64,000 bases of DNA from Rhodospirillaceae bacterium (GTDB lineage Bacteria; Pseudomonadota; Alphaproteobacteria; SP197). Every line of letters starts with the position of its first letter. The stretch's first letter is position 1. The notes beneath the pieces were generated by a model. It searched no databases, had not been told where the DNA came from, and saw nothing but the letters and a program-made list of their open reading frames with translations. Of the stretch, positions 9,187 to 19,040 are shown piece after piece. The DNA is taken from assembly GCA_002722885.1 (NCBI GenBank), contig PBNE01000011.1:2336-66335 (forward strand). Direction: 5' to 3'. The position numbers and the translations under genes were made by a program.

Positions 9187-9195
9187 GAGAGTTCC

Positions 9196-9942
9196 ATGGA
9201 TCTGGGATTGGCCGGCAAGGCCATCGTCGTCACCGGCGGCACACGTGGCATCGGTCTCTCGATTGCTGAGGTCTGTGCCGAGGAGGGGGCCTCGGTCGCC
9301 GTCTGCGGCCGTACACCGGAACACGTCGAAGCCGCCAGGGCGAAGCTCGAGCAGCACGGTGGCACGGTCCACGCAGCGGTCTGTGATGTCGGTGATGCCG
9401 ATCAGATCGCGGCGTTCATCGACCAGGTGGCCGAGGCGCTGGGTGGGCTCAACGGCCTTACCAACAACCCCTCTGCCTTCGGGGATGGCGACAACGAGAA
9501 GAGCTGGCAGCAATGCCTGGATGTCGACCTCATGGGCACCGTGCGCGCCACCTGGGCTGCATTGCCGCACATGAAGAAGGTTGGCGGCGGCTCCATCGTG
9601 AACACCACATCGATCTCCGGCATCGGCGCCTCTGGGAACTTTCCTTACGCTGCCGCCAAGGCCGCTGTGATCCAGCTCAGCCAGTCCCACGCCCTGTCGT
9701 TTGCCGGTGATGCTGTTCGCGTGAACACCATCGCACCGGGTTCGATCGACTTCCCAGGCGGCGTCTGGCAGCAGCGCAAGGTCGCCGATCCCGATGTCTA
9801 TTACGGCGTCGAAGCCGAAATACCCTCAGGCCGTTTCGGCCGTCCCGAAGAGGTCGCCCGCGTGACCGCGTTTCTTCTGTCGGACGCCGCAAGCTGGGTC
9901 ACCGGACAGGTGATCTCCGTCGACGGCGGGCAGAGCCTTTAG
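9196..9942 (+). CDS. SDR family oxidoreductase
   Basis: 248 aa. [10 protein letters not shown] cofactor motif and YAAAKAA catalytic YxxxK. Confidence 0.9.
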   Translation: MDLGLAGKAIVVTGGTRGIGLSIAEVCAEEGASVAVCGRTPEHVEAARAKLEQHGGTVHAAVCDVGDADQIAAFIDQVAEALGGLNGLTNNPSAFGDGDNEKSWQQCLDVDLMGTVRATWAALPHMKKVGGGSIVNTTSISGIGASGNFPYAAAKAAVIQLSQSHALSFAGDAVRVNTIAPGSIDFPGGVWQQRKVADPDVYYGVEAEIPSGRFGRPEEVARVTAFLLSDAASWVTGQVISVDGGQSL

Positions 9943-9969
9943 TCCTGCAATCACTTCCGTCGTGGCAGT

Positions 9970-10839
9970 TCAGCCGACGTCGGCGCCTTCCTGTTGGGCA
10001 AAGAACGAGGTGGATTTCGGTACCGCGGGAATCTGCATCTCGTAAGTCGAGCAGCGCACGCGGCCGGAGGCTTCGCCGCGCACCAGTTCATGGGTCAGTT
10101 GGCTCGGCAGGTGGTTCTGGCTGAGCTCGATGGCGTCTTCGGCGTAGTAGGTCGTGATGTAGAGCGTGCGCGGCTGGTCCGAGAGGTTGGGCGCGGAGCC
10201 GTGCAGCAGTGAGGCGTGCATCAGACAGACCGCCCCGGCCGGCCCGGTGCATTTGATAATTTTGTCGCTCTGGGCTTCGACGATGGCGTGATCGACCGAT
10301 CCGGTGAACACGCCGTTGTGCCAATGGGTATGAAGCGTTCCCTTGTGGCTGCCCGGCAGAACCTCCAGCGGCCCGTTTTCCAGCGTGACCTCGTCGACAA
10401 ACAGCAGGGCGGTGATCATGTCGTCGTTGGTCATGGGCTGGAACAAAAAGTCCTGGTGCCACTGGACCTGAGTGGACGTGCCCGGAAGCTTGGAGTTCAC
10501 CTTGCCGTGGTGGAAGCGGATGCTGGGGCCGACCAGTTCGGCGCAGAAGTCGACGGTGCGCGCCTCGCGCATGGTGCGGGCGAACACCTCCGAGATTTCC
10601 TCAGGTGACTGGATGCGGCGCAGGGCCGGTTTCTCGGCGCTGTGGCCCGGCTGAAGATCAAAGCGCGGACGGTCATCGAGGGTCCGGCCGTAGTCCTCCG
10701 TATGGGTGCGGCTTTCTTCCACCCAGCGGGTGAACTCGTCCCGCATGGCGTCGAGTTGCCGGGAGGTCACAGCATCTTCGACCACCAGCACGCCATCGTG
10801 CCAGAACGCGTCCTTTTGCTCCTGTGTCAGCAAACCCAT
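9970..10839 (-). CDS. phytanoyl-CoA dioxygenase (PhyH) family Fe(II)/2OG oxygenase
   Basis: Start chosen at the ATG at 10839, preceded by GGAGAA. MGLLTQEQKDAFWHDGVLVVEDAV..., WHQDF iron motif, GSHKG. The longer track ORF (to 11460) runs through the divergent promoter and neighbouring gene. Confidence 0.85.
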   Translation of the reverse strand: MGLLTQEQKDAFWHDGVLVVEDAVTSRQLDAMRDEFTRWVEESRTHTEDYGRTLDDRPRFDLQPGHSAEKPALRRIQSPEEISEVFARTMREARTVDFCAELVGPSIRFHHGKVNSKLPGTSTQVQWHQDFLFQPMTNDDMITALLFVDEVTLENGPLEVLPGSHKGTLHTHWHNGVFTGSVDHAIVEAQSDKIIKCTGPAGAVCLMHASLLHGSAPNLSDQPRTLYITTYYAEDAIELSQNHLPSQLTHELVRGEASGRVRCSTYEMQIPAVPKSTSFFAQQEGADVG

Positions 10840-10905
10840 GTTTGTTTCTCCGTGTCTGCATCTGGTATGTGCCAAGATTCGAAGGTACGGCTGAGCAAGA
10901 AACGT

Positions 10906-11684
10906 ATGTACGACAGCCTGCCTGAAAACAACCGTAAGTCGACCGTGTCTGTCGACAACGGCGAGGAGCCCAGGTTCCTTCAGATCGCGGCGCGCATCAG
11001 GTCTCTCATCACCGCAGGCGATCTTGAGGCACACACGGCACTGCGCTCGGAGCGCGTGCTCGCTGAGGAGCAGGGCGTTAGCCGGATGACGGCACGGCAC
11101 GCGCTTGAAGCTCGCGAAACCGAGGGACTGATCTACAGCGCAGATCGCCGCGGCCGCTTTCTGTCGTCGAAACGCCTGACCTACGATGTCAGCAACATGA
11201 TCAGTTTCGCGGCAGACGCCCGGTCGTGCGAAAAGGAGCTCGAGATCGAGGTCATCCATGCGAGTGGGGCCAGGGCCGATGCAATGGTCGCGAGGCATCT
11301 CGGCATCTGGCCTGGTGCGGCCGTGTTCGACTACCTGCGCCTGTTCCGGACCAATGGGTACACCATTTTTATCGAATCCGAGTATGTCGATGCATAGCGG
11401 TTTCCGGATTTTTTGGACCATGACCTTCGCCAGTCCACCACCGGTATCCTCGACGAACACTACGGAGCATCGGCCCGTACGGCGACATAGTCATACGGAT
11501 GCGCGGTGTGGATGCCCATGAGGCGGAGCTTCTGGGCCTGACCGCCAGCCATGCCGGTATCGAACTCGAACAGGTCATCCGTGATGGCGACAGCACCCCG
11601 TTCTGTCTGGACCGTCAGATCTGGCGCGGTGAGCTGGCGGAGTTTTCGGTCCGAGCCATCGTGACTCCGGAAGGAAGCCTATGA
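10906..11684 (+). pseudogene. GntR/HutC-family transcriptional regulator with an in-frame TAG and a frameshift
   Basis: Winged-helix part (LRSERVLAEEQGVSRMTARHALEARETEGLIYS) followed by a UTRA-like part. TAG at 11395-11397 in frame, then a frame change near 11480-11490 (the continuation is the ORF at 11499-11684). Confidence 0.75.
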
Positions 11685-11844
11685 CCTCCGAACCCCATTC
11701 ACTGAATCACAGCCATTCGCAGCCGTTTTCGATCGATCAGGATTGTCTGGAGCCGTTTCGCGCTTTAGGCAGACGCGATGCCGCTTGCCCCCGGTTCGCT
11801 AGAAAACAATGGTGCTTCAAGACGACCAAGGTAGTAACTGAACA

Positions 11845-12957
11845 ATGAACAAAGTGTAAAAGTTGTTGTCAGGAGCAGCCGTCGCGGCTGTGATGACATC
11901 CGCCTCGGCCGCGCAGGCCGATTGCGGTGAGGTTTCGATCACCGAGATGAACTGGGCGTCGTCCCGGATCATCACCGAGGTCTCCAAGTTCCTCATGGAA
12001 CAGGGTTGCGGCTGCACCGTTGAAAAGGTGCCGTCGGCGACCGTGAGCTCGGTCGCGTCGCTGGCTGAAAATGCCGAGCCCCACATCGTGACCGAACTCT
12101 GGCTGAACTCGACCGGCGACGTCTATGCCGAGCTCGAAGCTGCCGGCAAGGTCTTGCATCTGGCCGACGTTTTCGATCCCTGTGGGGTCGAGGGCTGGCG
12201 GATTTTCGCCTATCTGGCGGAGTCGAATCCGGAGCTCACCACCATCGCCAATCCTGAGCTGGTTGGCGGCCGTTTCAACAACTGCCCGGACGGCTGGGGT
12301 TGCCGCAACGTGAACGACAACATCATCAACGCACTGGGCATGCGTGACACCATGGAAATCTTCGATCACGGCTCGGGTGAGACACTCGGCACGTCGATCG
12401 CCGTGGCCTACGAGGACGAGTCCCCGTGGTTCGGCTACTACTGGGCACCGACGGCGAACTCACCGATCATGCTGATGTATGAGGCGTTCTCGGCCCTGGA
12501 TTCGCTGATCCGGACCGGCATGCAGGATCTTCAGAAGGAGCTGCACAAGACCATCGTGTTCATCACGCATGATCTCGATGAAGCGCTGAAGCTTGCCGAT
12601 CATCTGGTGATTCCCAAGGACGGCTACATCATGCAGCAGGGCGAACCGCAGCATATCCTACTCTATCCCGCGGATTCCTAAATTGAGGACTTCGTCAGCG
12701 ACATCAATCGCGCGCGGGTGCTGCGGGTGCGTCCGATCATGATTCCGCTCGACGGCGGAACGGTGCCGGAGGGCGCGCATGGCGAGGTCGATTGTGACGA
12801 CACGCTGGAAAGCATGATCGCGCGGTCGGGCGCCGATACCTCGCATTCTTATGTCGTGACCCAGGGCGGCAGCCCAGTCGGAACGCCCGAGATGACCAAT
12901 CTCGTTCGTGCCCTGGTGCCGCGCGTTGCATCGGAAGCGGGCGCCAGAATGTACTAA
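11845..12957 (+). pseudogene. chimeric remnant: glycine-betaine-type binding protein (ProX-like) fused in frame to the C-terminal part of the ATPase (ProV-like)
   Basis: MNKV*KLLSGAAVAAVMTSASAAQA signal-like start (TAA at 11857). ProX-like body runs to ...FGYYWAPTAN, then SPIMLMYEAFSALDSLIRTGMQ...KTIVFITHDLDEALKL (ABC signature/Walker B region), then PADS*IEDFV (TAA at 12679) and a CBS-like tail to 12957. Confidence 0.75.
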
Positions 12958-13100
12958 CCACCGTCGGTGGCCGTTCCGCTGCCTGGTTGATATGTCCAAC
13001 GGTCCTGTCGCGGCAGCATCCTTGTGATTGCCGCGCCCCGCGCGCTCGGCTACAACGCCGCTCGATATTTGCCACAGTTTGAACAAAGTGGAGCGGCGCC

Positions 13101-14786
13101 TTGGCTTCGTATCAGTACGTCTATGTGATGAAGGGTCTGAGCAAGACCTACCCGGGTGGGCGCGAGGTGCTCAAAGACATCTGGCTGAGCTTCCTGCCCG
13201 GCGCCAAGATCGGCGTTCTCGGTCCCAACGGCGCCGGTAAGTCGACCCTGATGAAGGTCATGGCCGGTCTCGAGACCGAGTTCAACGGCGAGGCGTGGGC
13301 GGCCGATGGCGTCAAGGTCGGCTATCTGCCGCAGGAGCCCGAGCTCGACCCGTCCAAGGATGTCATGGGCAACGTCATGATGGCGATGGCCGAGACCAAG
13401 GACCTGCTCGACCGGTTCAATGAGGTCTCCGCGAAGTTCGCCGAGCCGATGGACGATGACGAGATGAACGCGCTGATCGAGGAGCAGGGCGAGCTCCAGG
13501 AGAAGATCGACGCGGTCAACGGCTGGGATCTGGAGCGCACGCTCGAGATTGCCATGGACGCGCTGCGTCTGCCGCCGTCAGATGCCTCGGTCGAACACCT
13601 CTCCGGTGGTGAGAAGCGCCGCGTGGCGCTCTGCCGCCTGCTGCTGCAAAAGCCCGACCTGTTGCTGCTCGACGAACCGACCAACCATCTCGACGCCGAA
13701 AGCGTCGCCTGGCTGGAACGCCATCTGGAGGAATACGAGGGCACCGTGGTGGCGATCACCCATGATCGTTACTTCCTCGACAACGTCGCGGGCTGGATTC
13801 TGGAGCTCGACCGTGGCCAGGGCATTCCCTATGAGGGCAACTACTCGGGCTGGCTGGAACAGAAGCAGAAACGTCTGGCTCAGGAAGGCCGCGAAGAGGC
13901 TGCGCGCCAGCGTGCGCTGCAGAAGGAACTGGAGTGGGTCCGTGAAAGCCCGCGGGCTCGCCAGGCCAAGGGCAAGGCGCGCCTTGCGGCCTACGACAAC
14001 CTGCTGGCCGAAGCGGAGGAGCGCAAGGAAGGCCCGGCCAAGGGCCGCATTGTCATCCCGGCCGGTCCGCGTCTGGGCGATCTTGTGATCGAGGGCGAGG
14101 GGCTCACCAAGGCGTTTGGCGACCGTCTGCTGATCGACGACTTCAACTTCAAGATTCCGCAGGCCGGCATTGTCGGTATTGTCGGGCCCAACGGCGCGGG
14201 CAAGACCACGTTGTTCAAGATGCTCACCAGTCTCGAGGAGCCGACCAGCGGCAGTCTGAAGGTGGGTGATTCCGTGGTGCTGGGTTACATCGACCAGACC
14301 CGCGAAAGCCTCGAGGCCGACAAGACTGTCTGGGAAGACATCTCGGGTGGGCTCGACATCGTGATGCTGGGCAAACGCGAGGTGCCATCCCGCGCTTATG
14401 TCGGCGCCTTCGGATTCCGTGGCAGCGACCAACAGCAGAAGGTCGGTCAACTCTCGGGTGGTGAACGCAACCGCGTGCATCTAGCCAAGATGCTGAAGTC
14501 AGGTGCGAACGTGCTGCTGCTTGACGAGCCGTCGAACGATCTCGACGTCGATACCCTGCGTGCGCTGGAAGATGCGCTTGTGGAGTTCGCCGGCTGCGCG
14601 CTGGTCATCAGCCATGATCGCTGGTTCCTTGACCGCGTTGCGACCCACATCATGGCCTTCGAAGGCGACAGCCATGTCGAATGGTTCCAGGGCAACTACG
14701 AAGCCTACGAAGAAGACCGCAAGCGTCGATTGGGCACTGAAGCCGACCAGCCTCACCGCATCAAGTACAAGCCGCTGACACGGTGA
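13101..14786 (+). CDS. ettA: energy-dependent translational throttle protein EttA (ABC-F)
   Basis: 561 aa. Two ABC cassettes ([28 protein letters not shown]; [28 protein letters not shown]) and the conserved N-terminus [19 protein letters not shown]. Apparent TTG start with GGAG 8 nt upstream. Confidence 0.92.
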   Translation: MASYQYVYVMKGLSKTYPGGREVLKDIWLSFLPGAKIGVLGPNGAGKSTLMKVMAGLETEFNGEAWAADGVKVGYLPQEPELDPSKDVMGNVMMAMAETKDLLDRFNEVSAKFAEPMDDDEMNALIEEQGELQEKIDAVNGWDLERTLEIAMDALRLPPSDASVEHLSGGEKRRVALCRLLLQKPDLLLLDEPTNHLDAESVAWLERHLEEYEGTVVAITHDRYFLDNVAGWILELDRGQGIPYEGNYSGWLEQKQKRLAQEGREEAARQRALQKELEWVRESPRARQAKGKARLAAYDNLLAEAEERKEGPAKGRIVIPAGPRLGDLVIEGEGLTKAFGDRLLIDDFNFKIPQAGIVGIVGPNGAGKTTLFKMLTSLEEPTSGSLKVGDSVVLGYIDQTRESLEADKTVWEDISGGLDIVMLGKREVPSRAYVGAFGFRGSDQQQKVGQLSGGERNRVHLAKMLKSGANVLLLDEPSNDLDVDTLRALEDALVEFAGCALVISHDRWFLDRVATHIMAFEGDSHVEWFQGNYEAYEEDRKRRLGTEADQPHRIKYKPLTR

Positions 14787-14793
14787 TGCCGGC

Positions 14794-15984
14794 GTGACAT
14801 ACCCGCGCCTGATCTTGCTCATGGCAGCGTTGACCGGTATGGGCCAGCTCGGGGTCGGGCTCTACACGCCGTCGATGCCGGCGATCGGGGATCATTTCGG
14901 TGCCAATGACGATCAGGTTCGGCTCACCTTCAGCCTCTTCATCCTGACACTGGCCTGCGCACAGCTCGTGGTCGGGCCCTTGTCTGACCATTTCGGACGC
15001 AAGATCAGTATCCAGATCGGCAATCTGATCTTTGTCCTGTCGTCGGCCGTCTGTGCCTTTGCCCCTGGTATCGGCATCCTGATCACAGCCCGCATCGCCC
15101 AGGGTGTTGGGGCCTGTGTTCCGGTTGTCGTCAGCCGCGCCGTGGTGCGTGATGTGCATGAAGGAGCGGACGCGGCGCGTGCCCTTGCGGCCATCGGCAT
15201 GGTGATGGCGGTCGCACCGGCTCTCGGCCCCACAATCGGCGGAATTGTTCAGGTCACGCTGGGTTGGCGCGCCGTGTTTGTGATCTTGACCGTTCTGGGT
15301 GTCCTCGCCCTGATCTTGACGCAACATCAGCTGGTGGAGACATTGCCGGCCGTGCGACGCCAGCGCTTTCGTCTGGGCCGGATCATGGGCACCTACGCCA
15401 CCCTGCTGCGTGACCGCCTGTTCATGGCCTACAGTGCTGCGGTGATGTTCAGCCTGGCCGGGCTTGGCGCCTATCTCGCCGGTGCGCCGTTTGTCTTCAT
15501 CCGGACCCTGGGGGTGTCGGAACCCGTGTTCGGCGCGTTTTCCATCATCAACGTCGGCAGCTTCGCTCTGGGCAGTGCGATCGCCACGCGCCTGACCGGC
15601 CGCATGGTGTCCATGCCTGGTATGGTCGTTCTGGGCGGTGCGCTGAACCTGATCGGCGGTGTTGCCTTGCTGCTGTTCATCCTCTCCGGCATTCTCACCG
15701 CTATGACCATCCTGATCCCACTCTGGCTTTTCTTTGTCGGCATGGGATTGCTGGTGCCCAATGCGATGGCGGCGGCGATCAATCGTTACCCTGACCAGGC
15801 CGGGCTTGCCTCGGCCATGCTGGGGTTCCTGCAGTTCGGTGGCTGGGGTACGGCAGGGTTGGCGGTCGGCCTGATGGGCGGTGAGGGGCCCGTGGCCTTC
15901 TCGGCGGTGTTCGCCTTTGTCGGCACGGCCGCCCTGGCGATGTTTGTCCTTCTGCACGGCTTGCCCCGGCGATTTAGGCCATGA
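14794..15984 (+). CDS. MFS transporter, Bcr/CflA drug-resistance subfamily
   Basis: 396 aa, 12 predicted hydrophobic segments, motif GPLSDHFGRK after TM2. Confidence 0.88.
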   Translation: MTYPRLILLMAALTGMGQLGVGLYTPSMPAIGDHFGANDDQVRLTFSLFILTLACAQLVVGPLSDHFGRKISIQIGNLIFVLSSAVCAFAPGIGILITARIAQGVGACVPVVVSRAVVRDVHEGADAARALAAIGMVMAVAPALGPTIGGIVQVTLGWRAVFVILTVLGVLALILTQHQLVETLPAVRRQRFRLGRIMGTYATLLRDRLFMAYSAAVMFSLAGLGAYLAGAPFVFIRTLGVSEPVFGAFSIINVGSFALGSAIATRLTGRMVSMPGMVVLGGALNLIGGVALLLFILSGILTAMTILIPLWLFFVGMGLLVPNAMAAAINRYPDQAGLASAMLGFLQFGGWGTAGLAVGLMGGEGPVAFSAVFAFVGTAALAMFVLLHGLPRRFRP

Positions 15985-16874
15985 GCACGGCCACGGTCAT
16001 CGAAGTCCATGGCATCCGCGTCACGGTCGAGCTCGACGGTGATGCTGTCCGATGTGCACCGGCGCCCGACATGAACCCTTATCCCGTGGTGGGTGATCAC
16101 GTGGCAGTGGAGGCCGGCGCCAACGACGGTGATCCTCCCGTGATCACTGAAGTTCTGCACCGCCGCACGACCCTGGCACGGCTACGCCAGGACAACAGCC
16201 GCCGCAGCCGTGATGGCGCACAGGAGCATGTGCTGGCCGCCAATGTTGATCTCGCTGTCATTGTGGCCGCCATCGCCCGGCCGCCGTTCCATCCCCGGTT
16301 TATCGACCGCTACATGGTTCTGGCGCAGCGCGGCGGGCTAGATGTTGCGGTAGCGCTCAACAAGGCGGATCTGGACGAGCCGCTGCCCGATCTCACGCTC
16401 TACCGGGATCTGGTCGCGGATATTGTGAGCGTGTCAGCCAAGACCGGTGAGGGGCTTGGCGATCTGCGACGCCTGATTGGCGACAAGACCGTGATCTTCA
16501 CAGGCCACAGCGGGGTCGGGAAGTCCTCGCTAGTCAACGCGCTGAACGCTGAAATCGATGCGGCGGTGGGAGAGGTCGGCGGCAAGCGGGGGCAGGGTCG
16601 CCACACCACATCGCGGTCATCGCTCTACAAGCTGGATGACAGCACGGCTGTGATCGACACACCAGGTATCCGCTCGCTCTCGCTGGCAGGCATTCCTGCC
16701 GACGAGCTGGGCGATCTCTTCCCGGAACTCGAAGGGTTCGCCGAAGGCTGCCGTTTTCGTGACTGCACCCACAACCACGAGCCCGGCTGTGCCGTGAAAA
16801 CGGCGGTCGAAGAGGGCGAGATCCCGTTTGTCCGGTACGAGACTTACCTTCGTCTGCTCCACGAAGACACCTGA
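15981..16874 (+). CDS. rsgA: ribosome small-subunit-dependent GTPase A
   Basis: NKADL, GHSGVGKSSLVNAL and the zinc motif CRFRDCTHNHEPGCAV. The start overlaps the upstream stop. Confidence 0.88.
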   Translation: MSTATVIEVHGIRVTVELDGDAVRCAPAPDMNPYPVVGDHVAVEAGANDGDPPVITEVLHRRTTLARLRQDNSRRSRDGAQEHVLAANVDLAVIVAAIARPPFHPRFIDRYMVLAQRGGLDVAVALNKADLDEPLPDLTLYRDLVADIVSVSAKTGEGLGDLRRLIGDKTVIFTGHSGVGKSSLVNALNAEIDAAVGEVGGKRGQGRHTTSRSSLYKLDDSTAVIDTPGIRSLSLAGIPADELGDLFPELEGFAEGCRFRDCTHNHEPGCAVKTAVEEGEIPFVRYETYLRLLHEDT

Positions 16875-16875
16875 G

Positions 16876-17166
16876 GTCTTTCGTTTGCGGATCCGCGCTC
16901 GGGGTATGTGTCTTGCGACGGCGACGAGCCGGCTGCTCAACATCTTTGTGGCGATGTCGTTCCTGTGGCTTCTGGACGTTGCGGGCACCGGTACGACGTT
17001 CCTGATCTTTGCCGGGGCCTGTCTGATGGCTCTCGTATTCTCGTGGTTCAAGGTGCCGGAGAAAAAGGGGCGGTCACTGGCGCAGATCGAAGCGAATCTT
17101 CTGGCCGGCCGGCCCGTACGCCGGCTCGGCGACGATTGGATCGCAGACGCGCTCCCGATCTACTGA
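16876..17166 (+). pseudogene. C-terminal stub of a sugar-porter-type MFS transporter
   Basis: RIRARGMCLATATSRLLNIFVAMSFLWLL...TFLIFAGACLMALVFSWFKVPEKKGRSLAQIE matches the last two TMs plus the PETKGRSLEEIE tail of sugar porters. Nothing corresponding to the first approx 400 aa is present. Confidence 0.55.
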
Positions 17167-17609
17167 TTGACGCGCCACTGGGCTGAGCGGTCGGCGAGGG
17201 TCTCGCGAGCCTCTAGGGGCAAGCTGCGACCCATCTCCAGCAGTGTTTCGTGAAGCTGGAAATGCAGCAGGTCCTGGCGGGCGCGAACCTCGGCCAGGGC
17301 AGCCTGAACCTCTTCCTCGTCCATCGGTTCGGTCGCCATGGCATCCCAGACGTCCCCGGTGGCGTTACGCATGTCGATGAAGAGCTCTTCCATACGCGGC
17401 TTGTGGGTTGCCACCACATTGGCCACGGTTTGCTGGTCTTCCTCGGAGAGCACCTTCGCCAGACGCGTGATCCAGCTTCCCTGAGCCTCCGGCGTCCAGC
17501 TCGAGGTCGCTTCCCTTGTCAGGTACCAAGAGGTCCCAAACACATTGAGCGCCAGTGAAATCACCAGCGCCACGCTGAGCCGCTTCGTCAAGCGGGGAAG
17601 GTTCCTCAT
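17160..17609 (-). CDS. membrane-anchored periplasmic sensor/chaperone-like protein (heavy-metal-sensor / Spy-CpxP-like helical protein)
   Basis: 149 aa. N-terminal TM anchor followed by an all-helical acidic domain. It is the third gene of the ECF sigma/anti-sigma operon. Confidence 0.65.
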   Translation of the reverse strand: MRNLPRLTKRLSVALVISLALNVFGTSWYLTREATSSWTPEAQGSWITRLAKVLSEEDQQTVANVVATHKPRMEELFIDMRNATGDVWDAMATEPMDEEEVQAALAEVRARQDLLHFQLHETLLEMGRSLPLEARETLADRSAQWRVNQ

Positions 17610-17920
17610 AAAGGTTGATCTCCGTTGATCATCACATCGCTGATCGACTGTGCCGACTGGGTTTTGGCCGAAGAACTGGCGTCCATGCCTGCCCAGATGC
17701 CAAGACCAAGGGCGATGACCAGAACGGCCGCAGCCTGCATGAGCGGGACGATCACGGGGCTCATCGACGAACGCTGCGGTGTTATTTCGGCGCTCTGCAC
17801 CACGCGGTCGAGCAACTCGGGCGAAGCCTTCGGTGCTTCGAAGTTGCCGAGAAGCTGATCGAGTTCCCTGTCGGTGACAAGGCGGTGAACCTGAGCGCTG
17901 GTGTCTGTTTCGTCGGGCAT
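17606..17920 (-). CDS. putative anti-sigma factor (single-pass membrane protein)
   Basis: 104 aa. Cytoplasmic N-terminal helix and one TM (PVIVPLMQAAAVLVIALGLGIWAG). It lies directly downstream of the ECF sigma gene, and its stop overlaps the next gene's start. Confidence 0.6.
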   Translation of the reverse strand: MPDETDTSAQVHRLVTDRELDQLLGNFEAPKASPELLDRVVQSAEITPQRSSMSPVIVPLMQAAAVLVIALGLGIWAGMDASSSAKTQSAQSISDVMINGDQPL

Positions 17921-17931
17921 AATAACCTCAC

Positions 17932-18537
17932 TTAATCCATCAAGCCGGCGAGCGTCACACGAAGGCTGCGGCGTGCCCGCACAAGCAGTTGTTCCAATGC
18001 CCCAACCGACACCTCAAGTACGTCGGCCGCGTCGGCGTTGCTCATTCCTTCGAAAAAGCAGAGCACCAACGCTTCTTTCTGCCGATCCGGCAGTTCCATC
18101 ACAGCCGTGCGAACCTGCTCGGCCGTCTGATTGCTTCCCAGCGTCACCTCGGGATCGGGCGCATCATCGGAGAGATCCTCCGGCACCTCACCCGCGGTCG
18201 GCTTCACCCGTCTGGTCCGGTCGATGCACAGGTTGACCACGACCCGGTAGAGCCAGGTGGTGAACTGCGCGCCGCCTGTCTTCCACTTCGGGGCATGGCG
18301 CCACACGCGCAACATGGCGTCATGGGCAACATCCTCCGCGTCCGTGCGATTGCCCAGAGTGCGGTATGCAATGGCGACACAACGGTCCAGATGCTTGGCA
18401 GCCAGGACCCCGAAGGCTTCCCGGTCCTCAGCGCCAATCATGACCATCAGACGGTCATCATCGAGCTCCGAGAGCGGCTGGGTAACGGTTTCACGCTCTA
18501 AAGGAATGACATTTCCTAGTATTGCGTCCAGCGGCAT
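17932..18537 (-). CDS. RNA polymerase ECF-type sigma factor
   Basis: 201 aa. Region 2 (DAEDVAHDAMLRVWRHA, FTTWLYRVVVNLCIDRTRR) and region 4 (LPDRQKEALVLCFFEGMSNADAADVLEVSVGALEQLLVRARRSL). Confidence 0.9.
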   Translation of the reverse strand: MPLDAILGNVIPLERETVTQPLSELDDDRLMVMIGAEDREAFGVLAAKHLDRCVAIAYRTLGNRTDAEDVAHDAMLRVWRHAPKWKTGGAQFTTWLYRVVVNLCIDRTRRVKPTAGEVPEDLSDDAPDPEVTLGSNQTAEQVRTAVMELPDRQKEALVLCFFEGMSNADAADVLEVSVGALEQLLVRARRSLRVTLAGLMD

Positions 18538-18663
18538 GGCTCGTTGGCCCCTTTTCCCCTATCCGAGCCTTCCACGCCTTCTGAACTGGTTTCCTACGCC
18601 CATGATTGAATTTTTTTGGAACGTTTCATAGCGTGCAAAATGACTAGCAAAAGTTGCCAACCT

Positions 18664-19023
18664 ATGACGCGAACTCGCCCCAGAGTGCTCTTGGTCGAAG
18701 AGACGCCGCCGCTGGCCCGTGTCAATCAGGAGTACCTGCGTTTTGGGGATATCGACCTTGAAACATTGGAAAACGGCGAAGACGCATTCGCCGCCATCGA
18801 GCGTGACGAACCCGATGCCGTGCTGCTTGATCTGCGCCTGCCGGACATGGCTGGGCTCGACATCCTGCGCTGGATACGCCAGCGGGACCTTTTAAGCTAG
18901 GTCGTCATCATCACGGCCCATTGCTCGGTCAGCACCGCTGTGGAGGCCATGCGCGACGGCGCCTATGACTTTCTGGTCAAACCGTTCACGAGAGCGCCAA
19001 TCCATATGGACAAGCCATCATAA
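18664..19023 (+). pseudogene. stub of an NtrC/LuxO-type response regulator (receiver domain only, in-frame TAG)
   Basis: RVLLVEE...AVLLDLRLPDMAGLDILRWIRQRDLLS*VVIITAHCSVSTAVEAMRDGAYDFLVKPF with TAG at 18898-18900. The frame ends at 19021-19023, and no AAA+ or DNA-binding domain follows. Confidence 0.7.
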
Positions 19024-19040
19024 GCCAAGCGATCGATCCG

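Noticed and set aside
9970-11460. 496-aa track ORF implying a much longer PhyH-family protein.
   Set aside because: The N-terminal approx 200 aa are antisense to the GntR pseudogene and have no motif content. A canonical ATG with GGAGAA at 10839 gives a normal 289-aa PhyH protein. The same reasoning trims the track ORFs at 36301-37128, 22549-23016, 25277-27223 and 36923-37834.
18538-18663. Possible ECF-type (GGAAC ... CGTT) or sigma-54-type (TGGCAC-N5-TTGC) promoter in the divergent region between the ECF sigma gene and the response-regulator stub (TTGGAACGTTTCATAGCGTGC..., AAGTTGCC).
   Set aside because: Spacing and the second element do not fit either consensus on either strand. A single GGAAC pentamer is expected by chance.
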